Assembly: GCA_034428635.1 (NCBI GenBank) | Contig: DAOUHR010000156.1 | Span: 11,076 to 75,075, forward strand | DNA length: 64,000 nt | DNA from: Dehalococcoidia bacterium | GTDB taxonomy: Bacteria > Chloroflexota > Dehalococcoidia > Lucifugimonadales > UBA3495 | Reading direction: 5' to 3' | In this document: positions 8,496 through 17,597 of the stretch, piece after piece | How the letters are laid out: every line of letters starts with the position of its first letter | Position numbering within the stretch: the first letter of the stretch is position 1 | Notes under the pieces: generated by a model | Databases searched by the model: none | What the model saw: the letters and a program-made list of their open reading frames with translations, nothing else | What the model was told of the DNA's origin: nothing | Made by a program: the position numbers and the translations under genes

Positions 8496-8561
8496 CCCCG
8501 GACAGGGAATGGACTGAAGCATGGGGCCGCTGATTTCGATAGTTGCCCCATTACTTTCTGG

Positions 8562-9782
8562 TCACGGACCCTCGGCATAGATTCCGAAGGTAAATGCATA
8601 TACGGCCAGCCCTTCCGAGTTGACGCTGAGTTCCAGCTTCTTGCGCTGGGCATACTCGCGATCTTCCACCACCCGGTACATGCGGGATGCGTCGACCAGC
8701 AAATAGCTCTCCCCGTCGGCGCCAATAACAACATCGGCTCCCCGGTTCTCTTCTGTCAGGAATTCGTCATCCAGCTTGACCCCTACTTTCACCGAACTGG
8801 CGCCTTCCGACGACATCACTACGTTGACTGTCCTGGCCGAATAGACCAGGGCAATGTGGTCTTCGAACCCGGTAGACCCGCCGGCGTAAAGGGCCCGCTG
8901 ACCCTCATTGCGCCACAAGCCCTGGAAGTACAGTTGGTCCGGCTCCAGATACTCGGGCGCTTCAAGCTCCAGCGACCTGTCGGGCGCCGCGTAGTACTCG
9001 TGCTGACCGACAAACCCTGCTCCGTAGTACTCGCGCTGGAAGTCGCCCCGATCGTAGCCGGCATACAGTTCCTGGGTAACGTGCTTGTCCGGGGCTGCAT
9101 CATACTTGGCGTCCGGCAAATGGTCCATTGCCAGGGTGGCCGGGTCATCGGACAGATCACTCCGTGCCTCCACGAGCAGCGAGCGCATTTCATCTTCGAA
9201 GGTCTGGTAGTTTCCCTCCCCGATAAGGCGGTATCTCAGCCTGCCCCGGTGGTCGATCAGGTACTTGGTGGGCCAGAAGATGTTCTCGAAGTTGTCCCAG
9301 GTCACGTAGTCGTTATCCAGCGCAACGGGCCAGGAAACACCCAGGTCCTGGGCGGCACTCACAACGTTTTCGGGGTCCTTCTCGAACTCAAACTCAGGGG
9401 TGTGTATCCCTACGATCCGCAGGCCATCGTCGGAGTAAAGGTCATGCCAGTCCAGCAGTTGGGGAATAGTTCGCAGGCAGTTAACGCAGGTATAAGTCCA
9501 GAAGTCCACCAACACAACATTGCCGCGAAGGTCTCCCAGGGAGACAGGTTCGCTGTTAACCCAATGGGCGATACCTTCTATTTCCGGAGCATCAGGGTAC
9601 TGGGCGCCGGGCAACCCGCTGTCAATGGATGGCGCCGGTGCACCCATAATCGGGCCGCAAATCAGGACCAACGCGGTCAAGATCGAAATCGCAAGGCCGC
9701 ACACAAGCGCCACCACCGGCGGACCGTCACCGGCATTGCGGACGCTCTCTGTTGAAGAAGTTGATAGAGAGTTAAAGGCCAT
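8562..9782 (-). CDS. Membrane-anchored thioredoxin-like protein (DipZ C-terminal-domain type, CxxC = CVNC)
   Basis: An N-terminal TM (PPVVALVCGLAISILTALVLICG) is followed by VVLVDFWTYTCVNCLRTIPQL...GIHTPEFEFEKD...FWPTKYLIDHRGRLRY, then a roughly 200-aa C-terminal domain as in DipZ-like proteins. ATG at 9782 is preferred over the track TTG at 9788. Confidence 0.7.
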   Translation of the reverse strand: MAFNSLSTSSTESVRNAGDGPPVVALVCGLAISILTALVLICGPIMGAPAPSIDSGLPGAQYPDAPEIEGIAHWVNSEPVSLGDLRGNVVLVDFWTYTCVNCLRTIPQLLDWHDLYSDDGLRIVGIHTPEFEFEKDPENVVSAAQDLGVSWPVALDNDYVTWDNFENIFWPTKYLIDHRGRLRYRLIGEGNYQTFEDEMRSLLVEARSDLSDDPATLAMDHLPDAKYDAAPDKHVTQELYAGYDRGDFQREYYGAGFVGQHEYYAAPDRSLELEAPEYLEPDQLYFQGLWRNEGQRALYAGGSTGFEDHIALVYSARTVNVVMSSEGASSVKVGVKLDDEFLTEENRGADVVIGADGESYLLVDASRMYRVVEDREYAQRKKLELSVNSEGLAVYAFTFGIYAEGP

Positions 9783-9786
9783 ATAC

Positions 9787-9821
9787 AAGAAAACCGGGTT
9801 GGCCTTAACAGACCAACCCGG
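9787..9821 (-). terminator. Intrinsic terminator after the 9848-10711 gene
   Basis: On the minus strand: CCGGGTTGG-10 nt loop-CCAACCCGG (9794-9802 / 9813-9821), followed by TTTTCTT (9793-9787). It ends only 5 nt before the ATG (9782) of the next gene. Confidence 0.6.
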
Positions 9822-9847
9822 AATTTAGGCGGGATTCACCTGGATGC

Positions 9848-10711
9848 TTATCTCGGCACCAGGTTGGGGGTGGCGGGCCCATCCATCACCGCGACTTCGG
9901 CGTCCGGCTGCAACTCTCGAGCCTTGGCTTCCAGAGCGGGCATTATGGAGTCGATCAGTTCCTGGTCGATGTCGGCTGCCACGCCGGGGTAGCCGGCCCG
10001 GGCGATCATGTCCTTCAGGTCCTTGTTCTTGAACCGGTCCAGGGTCCACTCCAGGGTGTCAGGAACGAGAGTCCTGTCCCAGAAGATCCGGTGATTCTTG
10101 TTCCGGGGGCCATAGTGGTAGTGGGGAGCGTCCCGGAAGCAGTCAAAGGCCAGAAGCTCGGTTTCTTCGGTGTAGGTGCGGCCAGGAGTCCCTGCCAGGT
10201 CGGACAGGACGTGAATGGCCAGGCCACCATCGCCGCCGGCCTGCTTGCGCAGTTCCAGCCCGAAGCGGATGTTGCCAGCCTCGAAAATGTCGTGACCACG
10301 GTTATGCTTCACGGTGTTGCGCCCGGTAGCGTAGGTCTCGCGAGCACAGGACTCAACCTCGCCCAGGACCGACTCGACCTGACCCATGTTGACCTGGCTG
10401 GCTACGTCTTCATAACCGGCCTCTTTCAGCATGACGGGCAGGTTGTTGCGGATCTGCTTCACTGACCACATGATGGGGTTGCCGTCTACAACCGGGTCCA
10501 TCCGGCAAAGCTTGTTCTTGCTCTCTGGTCCATAGATGTAGCTCTTCTCGAGGTCGAAGCAGTTGAACCTAAGCAAAGTGGTGTCATTGGCTTCCACCAG
10601 GATTACCACGCCCTGGTCGGAGTGGTCCTGAAGGTTGCCGTCCCAAAGCTCGTGCTGTACGACGAAGCTCACAGCCCCGGCGTCAATCTTGGTCCTTGCA
10701 GCCTGCTGCAT
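9848..10711 (-). CDS. Hypothetical protein with internal two-fold repeat
   Basis: 287-aa ORF with a strong SD (AAGGAGG 7 nt upstream). The two halves align: LLRFNCFDLEKSYIYGPESKNK...W...AGYEDVASQV...ARE versus LLAFDCFRDAPHYHYGPRNKNH...W...AGYPGVAADI...ARE. I recognise no family. Confidence 0.7.
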   Translation of the reverse strand: MQQAARTKIDAGAVSFVVQHELWDGNLQDHSDQGVVILVEANDTTLLRFNCFDLEKSYIYGPESKNKLCRMDPVVDGNPIMWSVKQIRNNLPVMLKEAGYEDVASQVNMGQVESVLGEVESCARETYATGRNTVKHNRGHDIFEAGNIRFGLELRKQAGGDGGLAIHVLSDLAGTPGRTYTEETELLAFDCFRDAPHYHYGPRNKNHRIFWDRTLVPDTLEWTLDRFKNKDLKDMIARAGYPGVAADIDQELIDSIMPALEAKARELQPDAEVAVMDGPATPNLVPR

Positions 10712-10962
10712 AACTGGATTACCTCCTTATGATTTTCTTCCTTAGGAACCAAGGATGCGGAGATAGATTACAACACTGCGGCAATTCCCGGCAAGTCAGG
10801 CTTTCCTCCGACCTCAATGGCCCGATTCCGGAGTCCTAAAAGGTTGAATGCCGCGGGAAGTTGCTATCCCTTCCCAATCCTGTTCCCGTTGCGTCAGATT
10901 ATATCACGCAATACAACAGGGATTGCAATATTCCCTTGCAGGCATACGATCCCATTTTGTGT

Positions 10963-11808
10963 CTATTGCAAATCACCGCGGTAGGCGCGGTAGGCCATGT
11001 TGGTAATCAACCCTACACGGTCCTGGCCCAAGTACTCGGTAAACTTGCCCAGGTTGACCCCGGCAGCCGTTTCATCTTCAGACTTGCCTTCATCAAACCC
11101 TTTGCGGATTTCTCCGTGGAGGTGGGCCATCAACTCTCTGGCCTCGTCGAAGTCCTTCTTGGTGCCTACAGGCCCGTGGCCGGGCACGATGGTCTCAAAG
11201 TCCATTTCTCTGGTCTTGTCCATTACGTCCAGCCATTTGGTAATGTGCCCGTCAGGGAAGGCGGGAAGCACCCGGTGGAAGGCGATGTCCCCAGCGTACA
11301 GCACCCCGTCCTGCGGCAGGTGGAGCAGAATATCCCCGGCGCTGTGGGCCCGCCCCAGGTAGATCATGTTGATTTCACGGTCTCCCAGCCGCAGGTCCAT
11401 CCGGTCACTGAAAGTAACGTCAGGCAGGGTCATCCGGATCTGGGACAGTTCGGGAATCAGTTCCGGCCGGCCGCTGGTGTAGCGGTTCATGTTGGCATCA
11501 AATTTCTCGATAAGTTCCGTCCGGCAGTTTTCGTGGCCGATGATAGGCGCTGGCACAAAGTACTGATTGCCGAAAACATGATCGCCGTGGTAGTGGGTGT
11601 CCACCAGGTAACGGATGGGCGCCTTGGAAACGTTGCGAATCTCCGATATCAGACGGGTCGCCAGCGAGGGCGTCATCAGTGAATCGATAACTATGATCCC
11701 CTCTTCGCCGACGATGAATCCGGCGTTGGTGGCTCCGTTGGGCTGGATAAAGGCGTAGGCGTTGGGCGCCGTCTGGATAACACCGGTGTCGTAAGTTTGG
11801 GTGGTCAT
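10963..11808 (-). CDS. MBL-fold metallo-hydrolase
   Basis: 281-aa ORF with VIDSLMTP...THYHGDHVFGN (HxHxDH motif), downstream HSAGD and VPGHGP. Confidence 0.85.
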   Translation of the reverse strand: MTTQTYDTGVIQTAPNAYAFIQPNGATNAGFIVGEEGIIVIDSLMTPSLATRLISEIRNVSKAPIRYLVDTHYHGDHVFGNQYFVPAPIIGHENCRTELIEKFDANMNRYTSGRPELIPELSQIRMTLPDVTFSDRMDLRLGDREINMIYLGRAHSAGDILLHLPQDGVLYAGDIAFHRVLPAFPDGHITKWLDVMDKTREMDFETIVPGHGPVGTKKDFDEARELMAHLHGEIRKGFDEGKSEDETAAGVNLGKFTEYLGQDRVGLITNMAYRAYRGDLQ

Positions 11809-11930
11809 GGTTTCCCTCCTCGGGTAAGGCTGTCCAGGTAGTGTGCAGCAGTCTAGAGACGACGAGAAGGCGCGTCAAACCCCTGTGCTATACTTCGCCA
11901 AACATATCTGACACGGTCGGTGAACACAAC

Positions 11931-12725
11931 ATGGCGACGTTACTGGAAGCCACCACCAACCCCTTTGGCGGAATTCTTCCCAACCCGGCCAACCTTCCCC
12001 CAGATCCAGATGACTTCAGGGATGGCCTGGCCTCGTCCCTGATTGCGTGGCGTGAGGAAGGGTACAAGGTGGTGTGGCTGGAAGTCCCCATCGGTCTATC
12101 AGCCTTGGTGCCCGTGGCCGTGGCGGCGGGGTTCTCATTCCACCACTCCGGCGAACGGCCCAACCTCTACTCTCCGGGCATGGAAGACGACCAATACCTG
12201 ATGCTGACCCTGCAATTGGAGGAAGGCGCGTTCATCCCACCCTTTGCAACTCACTACATCGGCATTGGCGGTGTGGTGCTGAACGAAGACAACGAGCTGC
12301 TGGTGGTGTGCGAACGGCACCGCAACCCGGGTCAGCCCCCCTTCTACAAGCTGCCCGGCGGCGCCGTACACCCCGGGGAACACCTGGTGGACGCGGCGAT
12401 AAGGGAAGTGCTGGAGGAAACGGGCATCCACACCCAGTTCGAGGCCCTGGCCTGCTTCCGCCACTGGCACGGCTACCGTTACGGCAAGTCGGACATTTAT
12501 TTCGTCGCCCGCCTCAGCCCCCTCAGCGCCAAGATCACCATGCAGGAAGAGGAAATCGAGGAGTGTCTCTGGATGCCGGTGGCGGAGTACCTGGGTTCCG
12601 AGGCCACCAGCATCTTTAACCGCCGCATCGTAAAGGCCGCGCTGGACCACCCCGGCATCAGGACGGAAAGCCTCCAGGGGTTTGACGACCGGGAGCGGGA
12701 ATTCTTCATGCCGCCAATGCTCTAG
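11931..12725 (+). CDS. Nudix hydrolase with N-terminal accessory domain
   Basis: ATG at 11931. Nudix box GGAVHPGEHLVDAAIREVLEETGI. The stop TAG (12723-12725) is formed at the MITE-B junction. Confidence 0.8.
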   Translation: MATLLEATTNPFGGILPNPANLPPDPDDFRDGLASSLIAWREEGYKVVWLEVPIGLSALVPVAVAAGFSFHHSGERPNLYSPGMEDDQYLMLTLQLEEGAFIPPFATHYIGIGGVVLNEDNELLVVCERHRNPGQPPFYKLPGGAVHPGEHLVDAAIREVLEETGIHTQFEALACFRHWHGYRYGKSDIYFVARLSPLSAKITMQEEEIEECLWMPVAEYLGSEATSIFNRRIVKAALDHPGIRTESLQGFDDREREFFMPPML

Positions 12726-12887
12726 GGGCTGTCGTCAAATTGGTCCTTCCTGCCGGTTGGGTATCGGGTGTAAGCAGGCGATATACCAGAGTCCTGGTAT
12801 ATCGTTGCGCATATCACCCTTTCTTTCGACGGCTCTGGATTCCGGCTTTCGCCGGAATGACGAATCTCGGCTTTTGACGACACCCCT
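12725..12887 (+). mobile_element. MITE family B, copy 1 (about 163 bp)
   Basis: TIRs GGGGCTGTCGTCAAA...TTTGACGACACCCC(T), flanked by TA (12723-12724 and 12888-12889). It has an internal perfect palindrome gatataccag-agtc-ctggtatatc and the ttccggctttcgccggaatgac motif (the spurious DSGFRRNDE translations in the track). An inverted copy lies at 31567-31729. Confidence 0.8.
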
Positions 12888-12963
12888 TAGGCAAGGACCC
12901 AATAGAAAGGAAAGGGGGAGAACTCAGGTTCTCCCCCAAGAACTCTCGCCTGGTAGTTTCACG

Positions 12964-14589
12964 TCACCAAGCCGCAGCGTGGCCGTCCCCCCTTGGGTCG
13001 GAGGCCCCCTTCAGCACTCCCGTCTGAGGATCCCTGATTATCAATTGCACGATCCCGTCGGTAGTTCCCTGCTGCCGGCGCACCACCTTGTGCCCCAGCT
13101 CTTCCAGGTCCCTGCCTACCGACTCAGGCATTCCGGCCTCGATTCTCAGTTCAAAGGGCGTCTTGATGCTGGCCGGGTCGGTGCCGGGGAAGCTCCACCA
13201 GCGGGGCGCTTCCACCGCCGCCTGCGGGTCCATATCGTAATTAATCAGGTTGGCCAAAACCTGCAGGCCGCACTGGGGCTGATAATCCCCGCCCGGCGTG
13301 CCGCCGACGATGACGGGTTCTCCGTCCCTGAAGGCCATGTAGCAGTTCAGGGTGTGCATCGTACGCTTGCCCGGCTCAATGACGTTGGGGTGGCCAGGTT
13401 GCAGGCTGAACCCGCGCCCGCCCCGGTTGTTGAACAGAACGCCCGTCCCGTCCGCTACAAACCCGGAGCCGAACCCGTTGGACAGGCTGTGAATCCATGA
13501 AACGCAGTTGCCCGCCCCGTCCGCCACGCAGAAGTAGGTAGTGTTGCCATCGCCGTCTTCGGCAAAAGCCGCCGCGCCGTTGTTGGCCCGGGCAGCATCT
13601 ATCTCCGGCCGGCGGCGGGCAGCGTATTCCTTGGAGATTAATTCCTGAAGCGGCCACTCCACGAAACGGGGATCGCCGGCCAAACGGTTGCGGTCGCCAT
13701 AGGCAATCTTTTTCGCTTCCGTCATCAGATGTATGGACTGCGCCGAATTGTGGCCCAGATCGCTTAGGTCAAAGTCTTCCACCAGGTTCAACATTTCCAG
13801 CAGCAGGAAGCCCTGCGTTGGGGGCTGGGTCTGGTACACCGTGTAGCCATGATAACTGGTGGAAATGGGGTCATAGACGTCCAGACGGTGGTCGGCGAAG
13901 TCCGATTCGGTGAACAGGCCGCCGGCTTTGCGTAGTTCCTTGACCATGCGGCGGGCCAGATCGCCCCGGTAGAACTCGTCGGCGCCGCCTTGGGCCACCT
14001 GCTGCAGGCTGCGGGACAAGTCCGGGTTGGCCAGAATTTCGCCCTCGGCCTTCATTCCGCCGTTGGAAGAATAGATGGCGGCGCTGGCGGGAAACTGGGA
14101 CAGCTTCCCAATAGAGGCGGCAAAGCTGCGCCCAATGCGGGGTGACACCGGGAATCCCTCTTCGGCGTACCCGATTGCCCTCTCCAGCAGAGTAGGGAAG
14201 GGCATGGAGCAGAACCGGCGGTGCATCTCCTCCCACGCGGCAACTTCGCCTGGTACAGAAATGGCGTGGGGGCCTTCCAGCGGCATTTCCTCGTAGCCCC
14301 GAGAGCGGTAGTAGTCTGCCGTTGCCCCGGTGGGGGCCGTACCGCTGCTGTTGATGCCGGTCAACTGCCCAGTGGCGGCCTCGTAGGCCAGGATGAAGGA
14401 ATCGCCGCCCATGCCGCACAGGGGCACCAGGGTTACTGCCTCGGTAGCGGCCACCGCCAGCGCGGCGTCAAAGGCGTTCCCGCCCTCATGCATAATCTGG
14501 ATTCCCGCCGACGCCGCCAGGGGCGAGTTGGAACAGACAATGCCCCGGCTGCCGTACACCAGACTCCTGGAGAGGTTTCCATTAGCCAT
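12964..14589 (-). CDS. ggt: Gamma-glutamyltransferase family protein
   Basis: ATG 14589 lies 5-6 nt after GGGAGG. GGNAFDAALAV...GMGGDSF and the autoprocessing region NTTYFCVADGAGN are typical of GGT/Ntn hydrolases. Confidence 0.85.
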   Translation of the reverse strand: MANGNLSRSLVYGSRGIVCSNSPLAASAGIQIMHEGGNAFDAALAVAATEAVTLVPLCGMGGDSFILAYEAATGQLTGINSSGTAPTGATADYYRSRGYEEMPLEGPHAISVPGEVAAWEEMHRRFCSMPFPTLLERAIGYAEEGFPVSPRIGRSFAASIGKLSQFPASAAIYSSNGGMKAEGEILANPDLSRSLQQVAQGGADEFYRGDLARRMVKELRKAGGLFTESDFADHRLDVYDPISTSYHGYTVYQTQPPTQGFLLLEMLNLVEDFDLSDLGHNSAQSIHLMTEAKKIAYGDRNRLAGDPRFVEWPLQELISKEYAARRRPEIDAARANNGAAAFAEDGDGNTTYFCVADGAGNCVSWIHSLSNGFGSGFVADGTGVLFNNRGGRGFSLQPGHPNVIEPGKRTMHTLNCYMAFRDGEPVIVGGTPGGDYQPQCGLQVLANLINYDMDPQAAVEAPRWWSFPGTDPASIKTPFELRIEAGMPESVGRDLEELGHKVVRRQQGTTDGIVQLIIRDPQTGVLKGASDPRGDGHAAAW

Positions 14590-14671
14590 ACTGCCTCCCT
14601 TTCGCACGCCTCGACGGGGCGCCGCAGTTTCAAAATCCTGGGGACCGGGGTTACTTCTGAAGAGATGGTTG

Positions 14672-14980
14672 CTAGTCTTCCTTGAAGGCGTTGCAGGCAG
14701 TAGTCAGGGCCGCAGTGCCGCCCATGACGAAGGCCACACCCACCGTCTCGGCAATCTCCTCTTCCGTTGCGCCCACGGCACGGGCCCGGTTGGCGATGTT
14801 CCTGACACCGTCCGGGTGGGCCATTATGGCGTCGCACAGCATGGTCATCAGCACCTTCACCTTCAGGGGGAGGGCGCCGTCCGTAAGGACGTGGTTCCTC
14901 ACGTCCATAATTTCCTTGTACAGTTCCGGCGAGTGGCTTTCCAGCTTGGCTTGCCACGCGCCAGGATTGGGTAGGGTCAT
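14672..14980 (-). CDS. Carboxymuconolactone decarboxylase (AhpD-like) family protein
   Basis: 102 aa. LPLKVKVLMTMLCDAIMAHPDGV...AVGATEEEIAETVGVAFVMGG has the CMD-domain layout. Confidence 0.7.
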   Translation of the reverse strand: MTLPNPGAWQAKLESHSPELYKEIMDVRNHVLTDGALPLKVKVLMTMLCDAIMAHPDGVRNIANRARAVGATEEEIAETVGVAFVMGGTAALTTACNAFKED

Positions 14981-15025
14981 AGCTCTTTCTCCGTTTAATA
15001 AATGCGCAAGTTTGTAGCCATGAGC

Positions 15026-16450
15026 TTAAATGGGCGGCTTGCGATTGTGCCAGGGAGTGGCCTGCTCGTAGGCGTAGGCCACGTTGAAAACGGTAGCCTC
15101 GGCAAAGGGCCTCCCGGCGATTTGCAGCGCCAGCGGCAGTGCCCCGTCTCCCCCGGACGTGTAGCCGCACGGAATGGACAGAGCCGGTGCCCCGCTCAGG
15201 CTGTAGGGCCCGCGGTAGCTCCCCTCCACCAGGGCCCGGGCCGCTTCTTCCTTGCTGGCCACGCCGGTAGTGAAGTCCAGCTTTCCCGCCGGACCTGACG
15301 ACGTGGGCTGGACCAGCACGTCCACTTCATCCAGCAGGTCCAGCACCTGCCGCCGCACAATGGCCCGCAGCTTCTGGGCCTTGTAGTACACCTGGCCCGG
15401 TATCAAGTTGCCAGTCATAAAGGCGATTCGCGTGTTGACGTGGTAGTCCTCGGGCCTCTCACGCAGCCATTCCGGGCGCAGGCTGACCCGCTCGGTATGA
15501 GTTATGGTGCGGACAATAGCGCCGGTTTGATGGGCCAGGGGCAGGGAGACTTCGCGCACTTCCGCGCCCAGTTCCGCCAGCACCTGGATTGCAGCTTCAA
15601 CCGCCTCCCGGGATTGCGAGTCCAGGCCCAGGGCCGGGTCCATCAACTCCTTGACCACGCCCACCTTCAGGCCCCGGATATTCCCCGTCAGGGCAGCCTG
15701 GTAGTCAGGCACCGGAACCCTGCCCGTGTACGGATCGTTGGGGTCATAGCCGGCAATCGCACCTATGGTGGCGGCGCAGTCGGTGACCGTTCGGGAAATA
15801 GGACCAATGGTGTCTACCGACCAGCAGGCGCCGTCGACGCCATAGCGGCTTACCCTGCCCCAGGTGGGACGGATTCCCACCAGGCCGCAGTTGGCGGCCG
15901 GTCCGCGAATGGACCCGCCGGTGTCCTCGCCCAGCGAAGTGGCGCACAGGAATCCCGCAGTGGCCGCCCCCGAGCCGGTGCTGGAGGTGCCGGGGTTGCG
16001 TTCCAGGTCCCAGGGATTGTGGGCCGCGCCGTAGTAGGAGCTGATAGGGTCGCCCATTGCGAATTCGCTCATGTTCAGCTTGCCCAGGATAACCGCCCCG
16101 GCCCGGCGCAAGTTGGTCACCACCGTTGCGTCGAAATCTGGCACAAAGTCATCCCGGATCTTTGAACCGTCGGAATTGCGGACTCCCTTGACATATATTT
16201 GGTCCTTCACGCCGACGGGTACCCCATGCAGCGGGCCCCGATACTCGCCCCGGGCTATCTCCTCGCCGGCTTGCCGCGCTTCTTCTCTAGCCTGGTCAGC
16301 GCGGACGGTAATGTACGCATTCAGCTTGGTATCCACTTCTCCTATGCGGGCCAAGTAAGCTTCTACCGCCTCCAGGGGACTGATTTCCCTGTTTGCAATA
16401 TGCCCGCCCAACTCTGTGGCGGACAGGTAGGGAATTTCGTTAGGACTCAT
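15026..16450 (-). CDS. Amidase (amidase-signature family, AtzE/GatA-like)
   Basis: 474 aa. GVPVGVKD...GTSSTGSGAATA...GEDTGGSIRGPAANCG matches the Ser-cisSer-Lys amidase signature. Confidence 0.9.
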   Translation of the reverse strand: MSPNEIPYLSATELGGHIANREISPLEAVEAYLARIGEVDTKLNAYITVRADQAREEARQAGEEIARGEYRGPLHGVPVGVKDQIYVKGVRNSDGSKIRDDFVPDFDATVVTNLRRAGAVILGKLNMSEFAMGDPISSYYGAAHNPWDLERNPGTSSTGSGAATAGFLCATSLGEDTGGSIRGPAANCGLVGIRPTWGRVSRYGVDGACWSVDTIGPISRTVTDCAATIGAIAGYDPNDPYTGRVPVPDYQAALTGNIRGLKVGVVKELMDPALGLDSQSREAVEAAIQVLAELGAEVREVSLPLAHQTGAIVRTITHTERVSLRPEWLRERPEDYHVNTRIAFMTGNLIPGQVYYKAQKLRAIVRRQVLDLLDEVDVLVQPTSSGPAGKLDFTTGVASKEEAARALVEGSYRGPYSLSGAPALSIPCGYTSGGDGALPLALQIAGRPFAEATVFNVAYAYEQATPWHNRKPPI

Positions 16451-16640
16451 CCTGGGCCTCCGGGCTGGGAAGAATCAGGGGCAGGGGTTCAACGCTGTTG
16501 ACGCCGGGAACGTCGATACTCGCCATGGCTTCCAGTATGGCGTTAAGCCCATAGCCGACCTGGGTCAGTTCCGGTTCCTGGATGTCCAGCCCCACTGACC
16601 TTCCCAGGGCATGTATCTCTTCGTTGGACAGGTCCGGCAT
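16440..16640 (-). CDS. Small GatC/AtzG-like amidase partner protein
   Basis: 66-aa ORF (ATG 16640, 5 nt after GGAGG). It overlaps the amidase start by 11 nt. Size, position and the helical acidic sequence (LSNEEIHALGRSVGLDIQEPELTQVGYGLNAILEAM) resemble the roughly 68-aa AtzG subunit that pairs with AtzE. Confidence 0.5.
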   Translation of the reverse strand: MPDLSNEEIHALGRSVGLDIQEPELTQVGYGLNAILEAMASIDVPGVNSVEPLPLILPSPEAQDES

Positions 16641-16710
16641 GTGCACCTCCCGTCAATTCGCCAAAAGGCTGGTCTATCAAGTACGGCAATGGTAACATAC
16701 GCCGGAACTT

Positions 16711-17469
16711 TTGGGCGTACAGGTTGTTTCTATAGAGTCTCTTGCGGCAGGCGCCGGATACGACCAAGAGAACCTTTTGGACCTAGAAGGAGTCGGCGCA
16801 ATCCATAACGGAAAGGAACAGCAACGATATACTTGCCGTCGCTGCCCGAACTTTCGGAGGAATGCCTTGATTGACCAGGCCATTCGGCCAAGAAACTATC
16901 TTTCCCGCGTGCGGGGCGTGGCCCTGCTGCCGGAAGAAAGAGTAGCGAGGGTCTTTTCGCTGGAAGAGGGCCTGCTGGATGAACCTTCCGGCAACGGACA
17001 GTTGCTGATTGCAACCACCCATCGGATTCTATTTTTCAGGGACGACGGAAGGGCAAGGGAAGCCACCCTCCTCCCCGTGGAAGAACTTAAGGGGATAGTG
17101 GTCGACACCGCCCGCAAGGGCACCCTGTCTCCCATACGCGGCATATTGACCCTCGTGGCGGCCCTGGCCTTTTACCTGATGGTGGCTTATTGGATGGCTG
17201 GGCAGTTTGACGGACCGGGCCTACCCGGCATCAACATGGACTTCGTTCCCTTCATCCTGCTGGCCGGGGTGCTGGTGTGTGGCTGGCTCTACTGGAGGCA
17301 CAACGTTCGGCGGGCCGGCGGGAAAGTTACCCTTCAGGGCTCCAACTGGAACCTGTCATTTGCCGTCCTGGGCGCGGAACGGATACCGGACATTGACGAC
17401 GTGGTCGAATGCCTGTTCAGGTGCCGACAGGACCGCTGGGATGAACTACTGAAACCCCGGGCCCTGTAA
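16711..17469 (+). CDS. Hypothetical membrane protein (soluble N-domain + 2 predicted TM helices)
   Basis: 252-aa ORF from a TTG. The true start is uncertain (no internal ATG before residue about 150; AAGGAG at 16787). It has hydrophobic segments ILTLVAALAFYLMVAYWMAG and FVPFILLAGVLVCGWLYW. No family recognised. Confidence 0.5.
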   Translation: MGVQVVSIESLAAGAGYDQENLLDLEGVGAIHNGKEQQRYTCRRCPNFRRNALIDQAIRPRNYLSRVRGVALLPEERVARVFSLEEGLLDEPSGNGQLLIATTHRILFFRDDGRAREATLLPVEELKGIVVDTARKGTLSPIRGILTLVAALAFYLMVAYWMAGQFDGPGLPGINMDFVPFILLAGVLVCGWLYWRHNVRRAGGKVTLQGSNWNLSFAVLGAERIPDIDDVVECLFRCRQDRWDELLKPRAL

Positions 17470-17597
17470 AGCGGCCGCTCTGGGTTACGGCTTTTGTAGA
17501 ATCGCGCTGAACTTGTCCAGGCGTAATTCGCTCATAGTTCGATGAACTCACCATGGACGGGTTCAAGCCCTGTTCACTTGGACCGCAACGCAGACCG

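Noticed and set aside
12682-13500. 272-aa plus-strand ORF spanning the MITE and the 3' end of ggt
   Set aside because: It starts inside the Nudix gene, reads through MITE-B (giving the junk motif LDSGFRRNDE), then runs antisense to GGT. It is not a gene.
17555-17592. tRNA-like T-arm (acggg-ttcaagc-cctgt) between convergent genes
   Set aside because: There is no complementary 5' acceptor strand about 70 nt upstream, no CCA/discriminator context, and no D- or anticodon arms.
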